Below, piece by piece: positions 10,545-21,165 of a stretch of DNA of 64,000 nt. The notes beneath the pieces were generated by a model. That model had not been told where the DNA came from. It saw nothing but the letters and a program-made list of their open reading frames with translations, and made no database searches. This DNA is from Planctomycetota bacterium. GTDB lineage: Bacteria > Planctomycetota > Planctomycetia > Pirellulales > Lacipirellulaceae. The DNA is taken from NCBI GenBank assembly GCA_039190745.1, contig JBCCXZ010000003.1:59760-123759 (forward strand), written 5' to 3'. Each line of letters starts with the position of its first letter. Positions within the stretch are counted from its first letter, which is position 1. Made by a program: the position numbers and the translations under genes.

Positions 10545-12527
10545 CTAGAGCGCAGGCGGGTTGCGACGCGGCGGGGGCGTGCGGGGCGTTGGTTCTCGCC
10601 TCGGTTGAGAGCTGCCTTCACGGGGCGGGGCGACCGGCGTGTAGGTTTCGTCCCACCGCCACCCGACCGGAACGCGGAGTTCCTGCTGGGCCAGCAAAGC
10701 CCAGGGCGTGCCGCTGTGGTCGCTCACAACCGCTTCGAGCCGTTCGCGGGCCTTGTCGGCGAGCCGCTCGGCGAGGCTGCCGGCCAGAGCCTCATCTGGC
10801 CGGATCACCCAGGTGTTGTTGTTCTCGTCCTGGAACTCCAGGCTCGATTTGGCTCGGGCGAGCATCTCGTTGTACCCGTCGGCGCGGACCTTGGCGTTGA
10901 GTGCTCGGCCCACGGCTAGATCGTAGCCGGCTTTCCAGCGGGGTTTCTTGAGCCCGTCGCGCGCCCCTTCGGCGTCTATCAACGTGTTGCAGATCCCATT
11001 GAGCGCGGGCAGGCAAAGGGCCGCACGCTGTTGGGCGTTGTTGAGCGAACGGACGAATGCGCCGTCGTCCACCTTGAGGAACCTGCGGCGGCTGCCCACT
11101 AAGGGCGCCGACCAAGAAACCTCGTCCGGCAGCGACCAGGACAGTTCCGCGGCGGCGACCAGTGCCCGGCGTGCGGGATTGGACTGAACCATCTCCATGT
11201 AACGCGGTGCGGGGAGATAGTCTGGTTCGTATCGCCGCATAGCGGCTTCATCGAAGAGCCGCTCGAAACGCACTGTCAGGTCGTTGCCGCGGTCGCGGCT
11301 GGGGCGAGAACGCTTGCGTTCACTGCGGGTGGAAAAGTAAATGCCTTGGGTCTCGTAGCAGAGGCGGGTAAGGGCGAACGGCCCGAAGCCTGAATCGAAC
11401 AAGGGCTCGCTTTGCACCGGGGAGAGTCGCAGCCGCTCTGGCAGCAGGGACTCCGGGCCCATGTTTACAGGTATCCACTGCGGCCGCTGGTCGAAGTTGG
11501 GGTCGGGGTCGACCCAACGCACATAGGCGGAGCGACGGCCGAAAGGAGACGGGCGCCCAACGACATACACCGGCATTGCCAACTTGCGGCAGAGGTCGAT
11601 TGTTTCCTCCATGCGATGCACGTCGTCCCCCGACTCGTCGGTGAATACAACGATCATGACGTTCCGTGCCCCGTTCCGCGCTAACCGGTAATTGCGGTAC
11701 TTCTGTGCAACCTCCGCTACAGCGCCGAACACATTCTCACGCCCCGCGGGGTCGTTCTCGATCTCTGAGACCGCGGCTTGGACTTCTTCTACTCGATCTG
11801 TTGGTTGCTTTAGGAACGCTGCGGCTGTTTCCCCGAAGCCAACAACCACCGAGAGCAGAGGCTTGTCCGAGTGCTTCTCGAACACCGGATTTTCCGCCGC
11901 TTCGATGACTCCTAGCTCTTCGTAGATCTTGCCGAAGCGTCGGACGATCTGCTTACGGTCGGCTTCTAGACTTCCGGAGCGATCGAACAGCCAGACCACC
12001 AGCGTCGGCCCGGTCTCCAGAGAGGCCAAGATCTCGTGGGTCAGTCGGTCGATTGCGCCTACGGCCCCTTCGGCTCCGGCAATGGCGGAACCCTGGGTCG
12101 GCAGGTCGTCAGAGAGTTCCGGAGACTTGAAATCGGGTTCGGTGAGGACGACCGTCTGCTGGAGGCCGAAGTCGCTGACCGGCCGCGGCTCGAACAACGC
12201 CAGGGACTCCTCGTCTGCGATGCTCGCTGCTGACCGGGCGAGGCTGAGGCCGCCCTGGGCGAGGGCTCCGATCTCTTCCGTCGGTTCCTCCGAAGAGACG
12301 AAATCGGAAGGCAGCGGCTCAGGCTCTTCAAGAACCTCGGGCGGCTCGTATTCAAGCAAGGCGCGCCGGGCCGACGGCACGAACACCGAAGCGGTGGCCA
12401 ACGCGACCAGTATCGCCAAGTGCAGCGCCAGGCTGGTCAACCAAGCTACGGCCTCTTTCAAGTAAACCGGGCCGGCGGCCTCGTTGAGGCCCGGCCCTTG
12501 CTCGGGTTTGGAGGGGTCGGCAGGCAA
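10545..12527 (-). CDS. Membrane-anchored von Willebrand factor A domain protein
   Basis: TM (SLALHLAILVAL), acidic linker, MIDAS-like VWLFDRSGS and VFTDESGD. Confidence 0.8.
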   Translation of the reverse strand: MPADPSKPEQGPGLNEAAGPVYLKEAVAWLTSLALHLAILVALATASVFVPSARRALLEYEPPEVLEEPEPLPSDFVSSEEPTEEIGALAQGGLSLARSAASIADEESLALFEPRPVSDFGLQQTVVLTEPDFKSPELSDDLPTQGSAIAGAEGAVGAIDRLTHEILASLETGPTLVVWLFDRSGSLEADRKQIVRRFGKIYEELGVIEAAENPVFEKHSDKPLLSVVVGFGETAAAFLKQPTDRVEEVQAAVSEIENDPAGRENVFGAVAEVAQKYRNYRLARNGARNVMIVVFTDESGDDVHRMEETIDLCRKLAMPVYVVGRPSPFGRRSAYVRWVDPDPNFDQRPQWIPVNMGPESLLPERLRLSPVQSEPLFDSGFGPFALTRLCYETQGIYFSTRSERKRSRPSRDRGNDLTVRFERLFDEAAMRRYEPDYLPAPRYMEMVQSNPARRALVAAAELSWSLPDEVSWSAPLVGSRRRFLKVDDGAFVRSLNNAQQRAALCLPALNGICNTLIDAEGARDGLKKPRWKAGYDLAVGRALNAKVRADGYNEMLARAKSSLEFQDENNNTWVIRPDEALAGSLAERLADKARERLEAVVSDHSGTPWALLAQQELRVPVGWRWDETYTPVAPPREGSSQPRREPTPRTPPPRRNPPAL

Positions 12528-12737
12528 GGCGTGTTCGCTTAGGCATCCGGGGGACCGAAACCAATAGACTAGAACCCCGTGGCGCGCGTCCGGTTCTGGT
12601 TTTGATTGTCACGTCCACTTGCCTAGGCGGCAAGCAGCCGCTGTTACCCCTTGCCGCACGCCTAGTCTATGATAGGGGCACGCCCTTTGGGCGTTCGTTT
12701 GAAGAACAGACCGACCGGCAGGTAAGTGGAGACGGGA

Positions 12738-13712
12738 ATGCGAAGGTTTGTTGGCATTGCCATGGTGGATCGGCGCTGGCCGAGTTTCGGCGTTATTGCT
12801 TCAGCGGCCCTTGTGGCATTGGCTTTGGGGCTGGCAAGTCCGGAGCACGCAGCTGGACAGTCCTCGGCGCCCGAGCCGAAAGAAATCAAGCTGACCACCG
12901 ACGACGGCGTCACCTTAGGGGCGACGTACTACCCTAGCCGTTCCGGGCGTGACGCCGTGCCGGTGGTCATGCTGCACGACTTTAAGCAGAACCGCGCCGT
13001 CTTCCGCGACATGGCTTACTTCCTGCAAGACCCGCCGGACCCGAGTTTGCCGTCGCACGCCGTGGTGACGGTTGACCTTCGAGGGCACGGCGAAAGCACA
13101 ACGGCAGTTGTACGCGGAGGCGGATCCGTCGAGATCAGCGCCGCGCGGCTGAGCACGCGGGACTTCGCCGCGATGGTGCTCGGCGATATGGAGGCGGTCC
13201 GACGCGAACTGGTTAGCCTGAATGACCAAGGGCAATTGAACCTAAACAAACTGACGCTCATCGGCGCCGGGATGGGCGCCAACGTCGCGCTGAACTGGGC
13301 CGCTAAGGACTGGGCAACACCAAGGCTCGCCAGCCGCAAGCAGGGCCAGGACGTCAAGGCTCTCGTGCTTCTGTCCCCGAAGTGGAAGTCCCGCGGCCTG
13401 CCGGTTCTCCGTGCGCTGAAACAGCCCGGTGTCCAGCAGCAGGTGTCTTTTTTCATCGCATTCGGGCGCCAAGACCGCAAGCAGAAGAAGGACGCCGAGA
13501 CGATCTACAAGAACCTCGAGCGTTTCCACCCCGAGCCGCCCCGCGACCAGGTGCGGGAGAAGAAATCGCTGTTCATGGTCCCCGTCCCCTCAGGATTGTC
13601 GGGCACAGACTTGCTGAACCGGACCGAGGGTTTGCCGTCCCAGGTGGCCGATTTCATCGACGCACGCGTTTCTTCCAAAGACTTCGAATGGGTCGGCAGG
13701 AAGAAACAGTAG
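12738..13712 (+). CDS. Secreted alpha/beta-hydrolase-fold protein (atypical nucleophile elbow)
   Basis: Signal peptide, LTTDDGVTL, VVMLHD, VDLRGHGES, elbow GAGMG. Confidence 0.8.
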   Translation: MRRFVGIAMVDRRWPSFGVIASAALVALALGLASPEHAAGQSSAPEPKEIKLTTDDGVTLGATYYPSRSGRDAVPVVMLHDFKQNRAVFRDMAYFLQDPPDPSLPSHAVVTVDLRGHGESTTAVVRGGGSVEISAARLSTRDFAAMVLGDMEAVRRELVSLNDQGQLNLNKLTLIGAGMGANVALNWAAKDWATPRLASRKQGQDVKALVLLSPKWKSRGLPVLRALKQPGVQQQVSFFIAFGRQDRKQKKDAETIYKNLERFHPEPPRDQVREKKSLFMVPVPSGLSGTDLLNRTEGLPSQVADFIDARVSSKDFEWVGRKKQ

Positions 13713-13772
13713 GAAGCGATTCGGCAGACGGAGCCGTGGCTCCGATCTCATACCGCTAAAGCTCTCTTGCCG

Positions 13773-14336
13773 TTACAACGCCCCAGACTCCGAGGGCGGG
13801 ATGCGTAGCTCCGCGCCGATCGGCAGCAAGTGGGGATTGGCCAACTGGTCGCGGTTCAGGTCGAAGATCTCGATAGCCCTCAACGGATCGGCCAGGTAGC
13901 GTTCGGCCAGCTTCTCGAGCGTATCGCCGTTGTGGACGATGTGGCTGCGTTGCTTTGGCCAAGCATTGGCGGCGGGCGATACAGAATCCGTCGGCGAGAC
14001 GGCTTGGATGATTTTTTCAAAGGGGGGGCGCTCGACGGTCCGCTCGACGACCGAAGACGCAGGCACCCGGACCGATCCGCTTGCAAGGCCGCCTGGCGCG
14101 TCAGTGGGCGCTTCGCCTTGGGGAGGCCTCAGGGCGGGGTGGTCGACTAGGTCGAACGTGCTGGGTTGCTCGGCCGTCTCCCGCTGGGCTTGAACAGGCT
14201 CGAAGCGGGCCGAAGGCTGCGCCAACACGTCTGACGCGCCAGCGGGACCGGCTGGCCCAAGCCGGAAGGGCCAGGCGGCTGCCAGACCGCCAACCAATAT
14301 CAGCGATGTCAGCAGGAGCTTCCGGTGGACGGTCAT
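13773..14336 (-). CDS. LysM-domain protein
   Basis: N-terminal TM (LLLTSLILVGGLAAAWPF) and C-terminal LysM (HIVHNGDTLEKLAERY...LPIGAELRIP). Start moved to ATG 14336 because the longer ORF overlaps secDF. Confidence 0.85.
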   Translation of the reverse strand: MTVHRKLLLTSLILVGGLAAAWPFRLGPAGPAGASDVLAQPSARFEPVQAQRETAEQPSTFDLVDHPALRPPQGEAPTDAPGGLASGSVRVPASSVVERTVERPPFEKIIQAVSPTDSVSPAANAWPKQRSHIVHNGDTLEKLAERYLADPLRAIEIFDLNRDQLANPHLLPIGAELRIPPSESGAL

Positions 14337-14508
14337 GAGCCGGCGGCGCTTGAAGACGCCGTGGAGAGTCGCGGGGCGGTGCCTCGCTTCCCTCATCGGC
14401 CTAGCGAAGCACAGGGCTCCACGTCGGGGGCGGACTCCATCGGAAGGAAACCCCAAGCCCGTCCGGTTGTCGCGGTCGGTGAAACGCTGACGACCGGCGC
14501 CCCGCCGT

Positions 14509-17500
14509 TTAGGCGGCCTTCGCACCCGATCCGGTCGGCGTCGCGCCGGTCCGGTTGCTCATCCAGAGGAGCGCCGGGGACGCGATAAAGATCGAGCTGT
14601 AGGTACCCACGATCACGCCTACGACCAACGCGAAAGCAAAGCCGTGAATGCCGTCCCCCCCGAGTGCGTACAGGATGACGACCGTCAGCAAGGTTGTCAG
14701 CGAGGTCAGCAAGGTGCGGGAGAGCGTCTGGTTGATGCTGGTGTTGATCATCTCAGCCGACAGCCTTGGGCTCTTTCCCTTCACCTCTCGGATACGGTCG
14801 AAGACCACGATCGTGTCGTTCAGCGAGTAGCCGATAATCGTGAGGAAAGCTGCCACCATCGGTAGACTGATCTGGAACTTCTCGATCAACAACAACTGCG
14901 CCAACGGCGGGGCCCCACTGACGATGAACGCGCTCATCGAGACCACGCCGAGGGTCACAAGCACGTCGTGCACCAACGCAACAACCGCGGCGAGGCCGTA
15001 GTACACGCTCTGGAACCGGAACCAGATGTAGAGCACGATGAACAGCAGGCTGATCAGCGTCGACGCGATTGCGAGAGTCCGCATGTCGCCGGCGATCCGG
15101 CCGCCGATCTTGTTGGCGAGCGGGAACACGGGCTGGTTGTTGGTCGACTCTCGCAGAGACCCGAACACTTCTTCCGCTGCCTCGGCGGGCAGGGCAACCC
15201 GGACAGACCACTGGTCGAACCTCCGCGCGCTGCCTGTTCGGTAGTCGTCGTTAGAAACCTCAAACCCTTTGCCGGCATTGCCGGTCGCTTCGAGGGCGTC
15301 TTTAACCAACTGACTAGCGGTCTCAAACGTGACGCCCGCGTCGTCTTCCAGGCCTGCGCCGATGGAGAAGGATAAAGTCGCCTCGGTGCCGCCGGCGAAG
15401 GGGTCTGCAGGGGCAGGCGGAGCTTGCTCTCCCTCCCCGGCTTCGGCTGCGGGGCCGGCTTCAGGGATCGCAGCAACGTTCTCTACCCCGATGTCGTACG
15501 TCTGCAGGCTGTCCCCGAAAGTGTCCTGCAGGATTTGTTGTACGGCTTCGACATCCTGATTGACGCAGCTGACCGTGTATTTGGTGCTCGTGTCTCCGAC
15601 CTCGACGAGCGAGAGGTTGGCGTCAGCCAACACGGTTTCGTCGAGCTTTGTCTTTACCTCGCCGAACTCCATCTTTTGATCTTCTCTCAAGACCATCGTC
15701 ACCGAACTGCCGCCGGTGAAGTCGATGTTGAGCAGGTCTTCGCCGCGGTTGAACACCGCGACCAGGCCGACGCCGATGACCACGGCCGAAACGACCGCGG
15801 CGAATCCTCGCATCCCCAGGAAGTCGATGCTGCTCTTGCCGACGATCTGGTTCATGTTGAGCGTCGTGAGGCGACGGGTCCTCTCGAATACGTCGAACAC
15901 TATCCGTGACAAGAAGATCGCCGCGTACATGCTGACGACGATGCCCAGGATGAGCGTTACACCGAATCCTTTCACGTTGTCGGGGGCGATCTTGTAAATC
16001 ACGATCGCCGTGATGAGCGTCGTGACGTTCGCGTCGACGATCGTTTGAGTCGCCCGCCCGAAGCCGTTGCGTATGGCCATCCTGAGGGCGGCACCCCGGT
16101 TCAATTCCTCGCGGATGCGTTCGAAGATTAGCACGTTCGCGTCCACCGACATGCCGACCGTCAGTACGAGCCCCGCGAGGCCGGGCAGCGTGAATGCCGC
16201 CTTGATAAGCACCATCAGGCCCAGGATCAGCAACAGGTTGGCGCCCAACGCCAGGCAGGCGACGATGCCCGCGAACCGGTAGTAGAACACCATGAAGACC
16301 ATCACGATGGCGAGCGACACCCCAATCGCGAGCCGGCCCTTCTCGACCGTCTCGGCGCCGAGGGTGGGGCTGATCGTCTCGCGGCTGATGGGTTCTTTGT
16401 TGAGCGCCGCAGGCAGGCTGCCGGCGTTGAGGATGCCGACAACGAAATCGACCTCCTCTTGAGAGTTGTTCCCCTCGATCACGCCCTGATCGGTGATCTT
16501 GCTGTTGATAGAGGGCGCGGAGAGCAGTTTGTTGTCGAGTAGGATCCCCAAGAAGTACTTCTGCTGCGAGGCGTTCGGCAGGTGGTCGCCGGTGAGCCTG
16601 CCGAACCGGAAGGCGCCCTGCTGATCGAAACGGAAGCGGACCTCGGGGCGGCCTCGTTGGTCGATGCCCGACGAGGCAGAACTAAGGAATTCACCGGTCA
16701 CGTCCATGCCGTCGTCGACACGGATCAATGCCTGCGGCGTGCTGCCCGCCATGCGTTTCACCGTACGCTCGTCTTGTCGATCTGCGGGGCCGAATTCAGC
16801 CTCGTCGTAAGACACCCACTCGGCGACCTTCTCGTCGTTGATGCGGACAACGCTTTCGCCCGGCGGCAAAGCTTGGGCCAGCTTGATGATCTCGTCGTTC
16901 TCACTGAACAAGGGCGATGCGGTGATCCGGAACTCCAACGAGCCCGCGGTGTAAATCCGCCGCTCGATCACCTCGAGGTCCTGCTGATTGGCCTTGGGGA
17001 TGATGATCTCGATCTGCCCCTGGCCGTACTCGCGGATGGTCACCTCTTTGGTGCCGCTTGGATCGACCCGTTCGTTTAACGCCCCGATCAGTTGCCGGAC
17101 TACCTCACGCTTGCGGGCGACGGTCAGCTCGGCGGGCTCGCCCTCCGCTTCGTCCTCCTCGACATCGGCGAACGCGGTGTCCTGCAGCTCGTAGATCAGC
17201 GTGATCCCGCCGCTGAGGTCGGGTCCGAACTTGATCTCGCCGAGTGTGACGACCACGGCAGCCGCCGCCAGTGTGCCGATGGCGGTAGCGAACTTCCAGC
17301 TATGATCCGGCATCCTCAGGCTCTTGGAGAGCTGCCGAGCGATGAACATGGGCACCACGAACAAGGCGACGACGATTGCGAGGAGGACCCAGCCCTCTCC
17401 GGAGGAGGAATCTTCCAAGTCGTCAGCCACGTCCTCGGCGGCCTCGACGTCAGCGATGGGCGCTCCGCCAGATCCTTCAACAGTATCCGGGGTCGCTGGC

Positions 17501-17919
17501 TCCGAAGCTTCATCAGCTATCGGTTCCACTTCGGTGTCAGCGGCTTCTTCCGCGGGCTCCTCAGTGGTTGCCTCTTCTGTAGCCGGCTCTTCCTCGACCG
17601 GCGAGGCTTCTTGGTCCTCCACCGCTTCCGCACCGGAGGCTAGTTCGTTAGTGGTCGCGGCATCGGCAGGGGCGGCGGCCTCGCTTGCGGTCTCCTGACT
17701 CTGTGTGACCTCGCTTGCCGCTTCCTCGACGGCTGCTTCCTGCGCAGAAGCCGGGTAGTTCGTAAGGAGCGAAATAGACAGCAGCGCAGTGAGCAGCAGA
17801 GCGTTGTGCTTGCCACAGCCAAAAGGGTTCCGAATCGGGCCCACGAAACCGCCAGTGGGGTTGGTCATCTTTTCTACCTGTGGTCGGGCGGCGTGCCGCC
17901 GAGTGGCGGGCTGTCTCAT
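14509..17919 (-). CDS. secDF: Protein translocase subunit SecDF (fused)
   Basis: GPDLSGG, LNAGSLP, GMSVDANVLIFERIREE, IDFTGG, GYSLNDTIVVFDRIRE; start uncertain. Confidence 0.96.
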   Translation of the reverse strand: MRQPATRRHAARPQVEKMTNPTGGFVGPIRNPFGCGKHNALLLTALLSISLLTNYPASAQEAAVEEAASEVTQSQETASEAAAPADAATTNELASGAEAVEDQEASPVEEEPATEEATTEEPAEEAADTEVEPIADEASEPATPDTVEGSGGAPIADVEAAEDVADDLEDSSSGEGWVLLAIVVALFVVPMFIARQLSKSLRMPDHSWKFATAIGTLAAAAVVVTLGEIKFGPDLSGGITLIYELQDTAFADVEEDEAEGEPAELTVARKREVVRQLIGALNERVDPSGTKEVTIREYGQGQIEIIIPKANQQDLEVIERRIYTAGSLEFRITASPLFSENDEIIKLAQALPPGESVVRINDEKVAEWVSYDEAEFGPADRQDERTVKRMAGSTPQALIRVDDGMDVTGEFLSSASSGIDQRGRPEVRFRFDQQGAFRFGRLTGDHLPNASQQKYFLGILLDNKLLSAPSINSKITDQGVIEGNNSQEEVDFVVGILNAGSLPAALNKEPISRETISPTLGAETVEKGRLAIGVSLAIVMVFMVFYYRFAGIVACLALGANLLLILGLMVLIKAAFTLPGLAGLVLTVGMSVDANVLIFERIREELNRGAALRMAIRNGFGRATQTIVDANVTTLITAIVIYKIAPDNVKGFGVTLILGIVVSMYAAIFLSRIVFDVFERTRRLTTLNMNQIVGKSSIDFLGMRGFAAVVSAVVIGVGLVAVFNRGEDLLNIDFTGGSSVTMVLREDQKMEFGEVKTKLDETVLADANLSLVEVGDTSTKYTVSCVNQDVEAVQQILQDTFGDSLQTYDIGVENVAAIPEAGPAAEAGEGEQAPPAPADPFAGGTEATLSFSIGAGLEDDAGVTFETASQLVKDALEATGNAGKGFEVSNDDYRTGSARRFDQWSVRVALPAEAAEEVFGSLRESTNNQPVFPLANKIGGRIAGDMRTLAIASTLISLLFIVLYIWFRFQSVYYGLAAVVALVHDVLVTLGVVSMSAFIVSGAPPLAQLLLIEKFQISLPMVAAFLTIIGYSLNDTIVVFDRIREVKGKSPRLSAEMINTSINQTLSRTLLTSLTTLLTVVILYALGGDGIHGFAFALVVGVIVGTYSSIFIASPALLWMSNRTGATPTGSGAKAA

Positions 17920-17972
17920 GGGGCCCGCTCGTGTTGATTGTTTTTTTGTTGCGTTCGGGCGAGTCGCTGCAC

Positions 17973-18329
17973 CTACGAACTGCTGTTTGCCTTGTCTTCG
18001 TCAGTCACAACCCGTGCGATTGCAGATGTGCCGACGCGCATCTTGGTCCCCGAAGACTCGTCGACCCGGATCACCACTATCTCCGCGTCCCGTTGGACGC
18101 TCGTGACGACCCCATGGATGCCTCCGATCGTTACGACCCGGTCTTTCTCTTTCAGGCCGTCGATCATCGATTTAAAGGTCTGCTCTTTGTTCTTCTGCGG
18201 CCTGAGGATCATGAAGTAGAACAGCACGCCGACAATAATCAGGCCGGGTAGCATGCTCGAAAGAGGCGACTGGGGCTGCTCGCCGGCTTCGGCCAGAATG
18301 CTCGCTGCGGCCAGGGTGGACGCGTTCAC
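17973..18329 (-). CDS. yajC: Preprotein translocase subunit YajC
   Basis: FYFMILRPQK...DRVVTIGGIHG; located between tgt and secDF. Confidence 0.95.
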   Translation of the reverse strand: MNASTLAAASILAEAGEQPQSPLSSMLPGLIIVGVLFYFMILRPQKNKEQTFKSMIDGLKEKDRVVTIGGIHGVVTSVQRDAEIVVIRVDESSGTKMRVGTSAIARVVTDEDKANSSS

Positions 18330-18420
18330 TTCATCACCGTTTGCGGGGCTAACGTCGTCGGAATCGCGTATCTTAAGTCCCTATGTGGTAAGCAGCAAGG
18401 GCGGCAGGGCTCTGTGCCGG

Positions 18421-19536
18421 CTAAGCCGGTTCCCGCCGGCTCCAACCGGCGAGCTTCTCCGCACGGAACTCCCCAAAAGCGTCCTGTTCGATCGCCTGAC
18501 GCGCCGATCTCATCAGCCGCTGGTAGTAAAAGAGGTTGTGGATCGAGGCCAGGATCGGGCCGAGCATCTCCTTGGCCTGGAAAAGGTGCCGGAGGTAGCC
18601 GAGGCTGTGGCTGCAAGCCGGGCAGGGGCAATCGGGGTCGAGCGGTCGGGGGTCTTGTGTCAATCGGGCATTACGCAGCCGCAGCGGCGGACCATCGGTG
18701 TAGACCAACGCATTGCGGCCGTTGCGGGTGGGGAGAACGCAGTCGAACATGTCGACCCCTCGGGCAATCCCCTCGACCAAATCACCGGGCTTGCCCACAC
18801 CCATCAGGTAGCGCGGGCGGTCTGCTGGGAGCTCGGGCACGGTGAAATCCAGCGTGCGGTACATCTCCGCGGGCTCTTCGCCTACGCTCAGCCCGCCCAC
18901 GGCGTAGCCTGGGAAATCCAGTTTCACGAGCTCCCGTGCAGATTCTTTGCGGAGCGTTTCGTCGAGCCCGCCCTGGACGATCGCCATGAGCATCTGATCG
19001 GGGCGGCCAGCGGCCTTCTGGCACCGCTCGGCCCAGCGCAGGCTCCGCCGGCTGGCGTCCGCGATCGTCGATCGGTCGGCGGGCAGGGCTGCGACGTGGT
19101 CGAATACCATCGCGATGTCGCTGCCCAGATTTTCCTGGATCTCAATCGATCGTTCGGGCGTGATCCGCAGCAGGTCTCCGTCGATGTGCGAGCGGAACGA
19201 GACTCCCTGCTCGTCGATCGCGGCACTATCGGCGAGGCTAAAGACTTGGAATCCCCCGCTGTCGGTCAGGATTGGCCCCGGCCAGCCCATGAACTCGTGG
19301 AGGCCGCCTAGTCCCGCCACCACCTCGTCACCCGGCCGCAGGGCGAGGTGGTAGGTGTTGCCGAGCACCATCTCGGCGCCGGTCTCGCGGAGTCGACCAG
19401 CGTCGATCCCCTTCACGGTCCCGACGGTGCCCACCGGCATGAACGCCGGGGTTTGCACGTCGCCATGCGGCGTGGAGAGCACGCCGCGCCGCGCGTCCGA
19501 GTGGGCGTCGACGTGGTGGAGCGTGTAGCGGAACAA
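18421..19536 (-). CDS. tgt: Queuine tRNA-ribosyltransferase
   Basis: [39 protein letters not shown]...HN. Confidence 0.97.
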   Translation of the reverse strand: MFRYTLHHVDAHSDARRGVLSTPHGDVQTPAFMPVGTVGTVKGIDAGRLRETGAEMVLGNTYHLALRPGDEVVAGLGGLHEFMGWPGPILTDSGGFQVFSLADSAAIDEQGVSFRSHIDGDLLRITPERSIEIQENLGSDIAMVFDHVAALPADRSTIADASRRSLRWAERCQKAAGRPDQMLMAIVQGGLDETLRKESARELVKLDFPGYAVGGLSVGEEPAEMYRTLDFTVPELPADRPRYLMGVGKPGDLVEGIARGVDMFDCVLPTRNGRNALVYTDGPPLRLRNARLTQDPRPLDPDCPCPACSHSLGYLRHLFQAKEMLGPILASIHNLFYYQRLMRSARQAIEQDAFGEFRAEKLAGWSRREPA

Positions 19537-19558
19537 GGGCGGTCCCGGCGTCGGGTGC

Positions 19559-20887
19559 TCAGTCGCCGCGGAGCTTCAGGTTGTGTACCGTGAGCTTCTC
19601 GCGGACTTCGTTGAGGCTGGTGACGCCGAAGTTCTTGCACTCCAACAGGTCGTCGCCGGTGCGGCGGACCAGGTCGCCGACGGTAGTCAGGCCCAAACGG
19701 ACCATGCACTTGCGGGCCCGCACCGAAAGGTTCAGGTCGGAAATCGGCCGGTCGAGCAGAGCCCGCTCGTCGTCGCTCAAAGATGAGGAGTCGTAGTTCG
19801 TCTCCTCTTCCTTCCAAGCGGTGGCAAACTGGCCGAGTTCGAGGCCCTTGGACGATAGCATCTCGCGGATCTCCACCAGCGAGGTCTCGCCGAAGTTCTT
19901 ACTTGCCAGCAGCTCTTGCTCGCTGGTCTCGGTGAGGTCGCCGAGGGTCATGATGCCCATCTTCTGCAGGCAATTGCGGCTTCGGACCGAGAGCTCGAAG
20001 TCGGTTACAGGCACGCTCAGGACCTGAGCCAGGCGGTCGCGGCGGCGGCGTTCCTCCTCGTCGTAGTACATGTCGCGAGAAGCGTCGGCGTCTTTGAAAA
20101 ACAGCCGTGCGCGCTCGTGCGCCGGGTAGGCGTCCAGCACGCGGGAGTAGCACTGCTTGGCACGCTCAAACTGCTCCATGTCCTCGTAGAGCAGCCCGAG
20201 GTTGAGGAGCGTACCGACGTGGGACGGGAACTGCGTGACCGCCCGCTCGTAAAGCTCCTGGGCGTAGTGGTCGTTGCCGTGCCGGTCGTTCTCCAGCGCC
20301 AGGCCGAACAAGGCCCCGGCGTGGTTGCCGTCGGCCTCGACGGCCCGTTCAAGCAGGGCAACGACCTCGCTAGGATTGCCGCCGAGCGCGGAGACGGTTG
20401 CCGAGCGCTGGTAGAGGTACTCTGCAGTCTGCTCGACGGCGCCGGAGAGGTCGTCGAGGATCGCGAGCGAGCCCGCCGCGTCTCCCGCGTAGCGCTTGGC
20501 TTCGGCCTTGGCGAGCGAGACATCGTCTTTTGGGTACCCGGCGCGTTCTGCGGACTCGTAAGCGGTCAGTGCGGTTTCGTACTGGTCGAGCGACAGCTGA
20601 GCCTTGCCCAAGAAGAACTGCGTCAGCGCGCCGCCGTCCGCGTTTTCCAGCGTCGGAACCGCGTCGGAGTACCTGCCCAGCAGGAAGTAGCAGACGCCCA
20701 GCCGCACGGAAGCGGCCGGCGTGCGTTCGCCCTGCTGCTCAATTTCTTGCACCGACTCGCGCAGCACGCGGAAGTTGTCGTAGTCCTTCGAGACGGCGGC
20801 GACGATCTGGTCGATCTCGGCGGGGCCGAACGTGCTGTTGGACACGACGGCCTGGCGGATGTCGAACTCGGCAACGGCTTCTGGCAT
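19559..20887 (-). CDS. TPR-repeat protein with two C-terminal RNA polymerase alpha-CTD domains
   Basis: TPR helices then two copies of LSVR[SA]R.C...[LV]GDL...LL..KNFG.TSL.E[IV]RE.L. Start placed at ATG 20887 because the longer ORF crosses the tRNA. Confidence 0.88.
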   Translation of the reverse strand: MPEAVAEFDIRQAVVSNSTFGPAEIDQIVAAVSKDYDNFRVLRESVQEIEQQGERTPAASVRLGVCYFLLGRYSDAVPTLENADGGALTQFFLGKAQLSLDQYETALTAYESAERAGYPKDDVSLAKAEAKRYAGDAAGSLAILDDLSGAVEQTAEYLYQRSATVSALGGNPSEVVALLERAVEADGNHAGALFGLALENDRHGNDHYAQELYERAVTQFPSHVGTLLNLGLLYEDMEQFERAKQCYSRVLDAYPAHERARLFFKDADASRDMYYDEEERRRRDRLAQVLSVPVTDFELSVRSRNCLQKMGIMTLGDLTETSEQELLASKNFGETSLVEIREMLSSKGLELGQFATAWKEEETNYDSSSLSDDERALLDRPISDLNLSVRARKCMVRLGLTTVGDLVRRTGDDLLECKNFGVTSLNEVREKLTVHNLKLRGD

Positions 20888-20992
20888 CGACAAAGCAACG
20901 ACTCCTGAGAATGGCGAGGAAGGCCTGACGCGACGCGGCGGGCGGTGGCCGGGGCGACGCGGGCCGGGTGAGCGGCTGGGGATTCCACTAAG

Positions 20993-21066
20993 AGCCAGCG
21001 GCGGGAGTCGAACCCGCAACCCCCGCATTACGAATGCGGTGCTCTGCCAATTGAAGCTACGCTGGC
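20993..21066 (-). tRNA. tRNA-Thr (CGT)
   Basis: GCCAGCG acceptor stem, D-arm, anticodon arm CCGCA-TTCGTAA-TGCGG, GGTTCGACTCC T-arm; CCA not encoded. Confidence 0.96.
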
Positions 21067-21165
21067 GCTCGACGCGGTCTCTGCAAGCTAGACGCTGTCC
21101 CTGTAATCTCGAAAGCGTAGCTGATGTGCCCCGAGGCAGCAATGGGCCGGCAGAGCCGCCCGCCG

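Noticed and set aside
20993..21066. tRNA-Thr as an integration site
   Set aside because: No duplicated 3' end or integrase seen; flanked by housekeeping genes
20888..21142. N-terminal extension of the 527-aa TPR ORF
   Set aside because: Runs through tRNA-Thr; ATG at 20887 is more plausible
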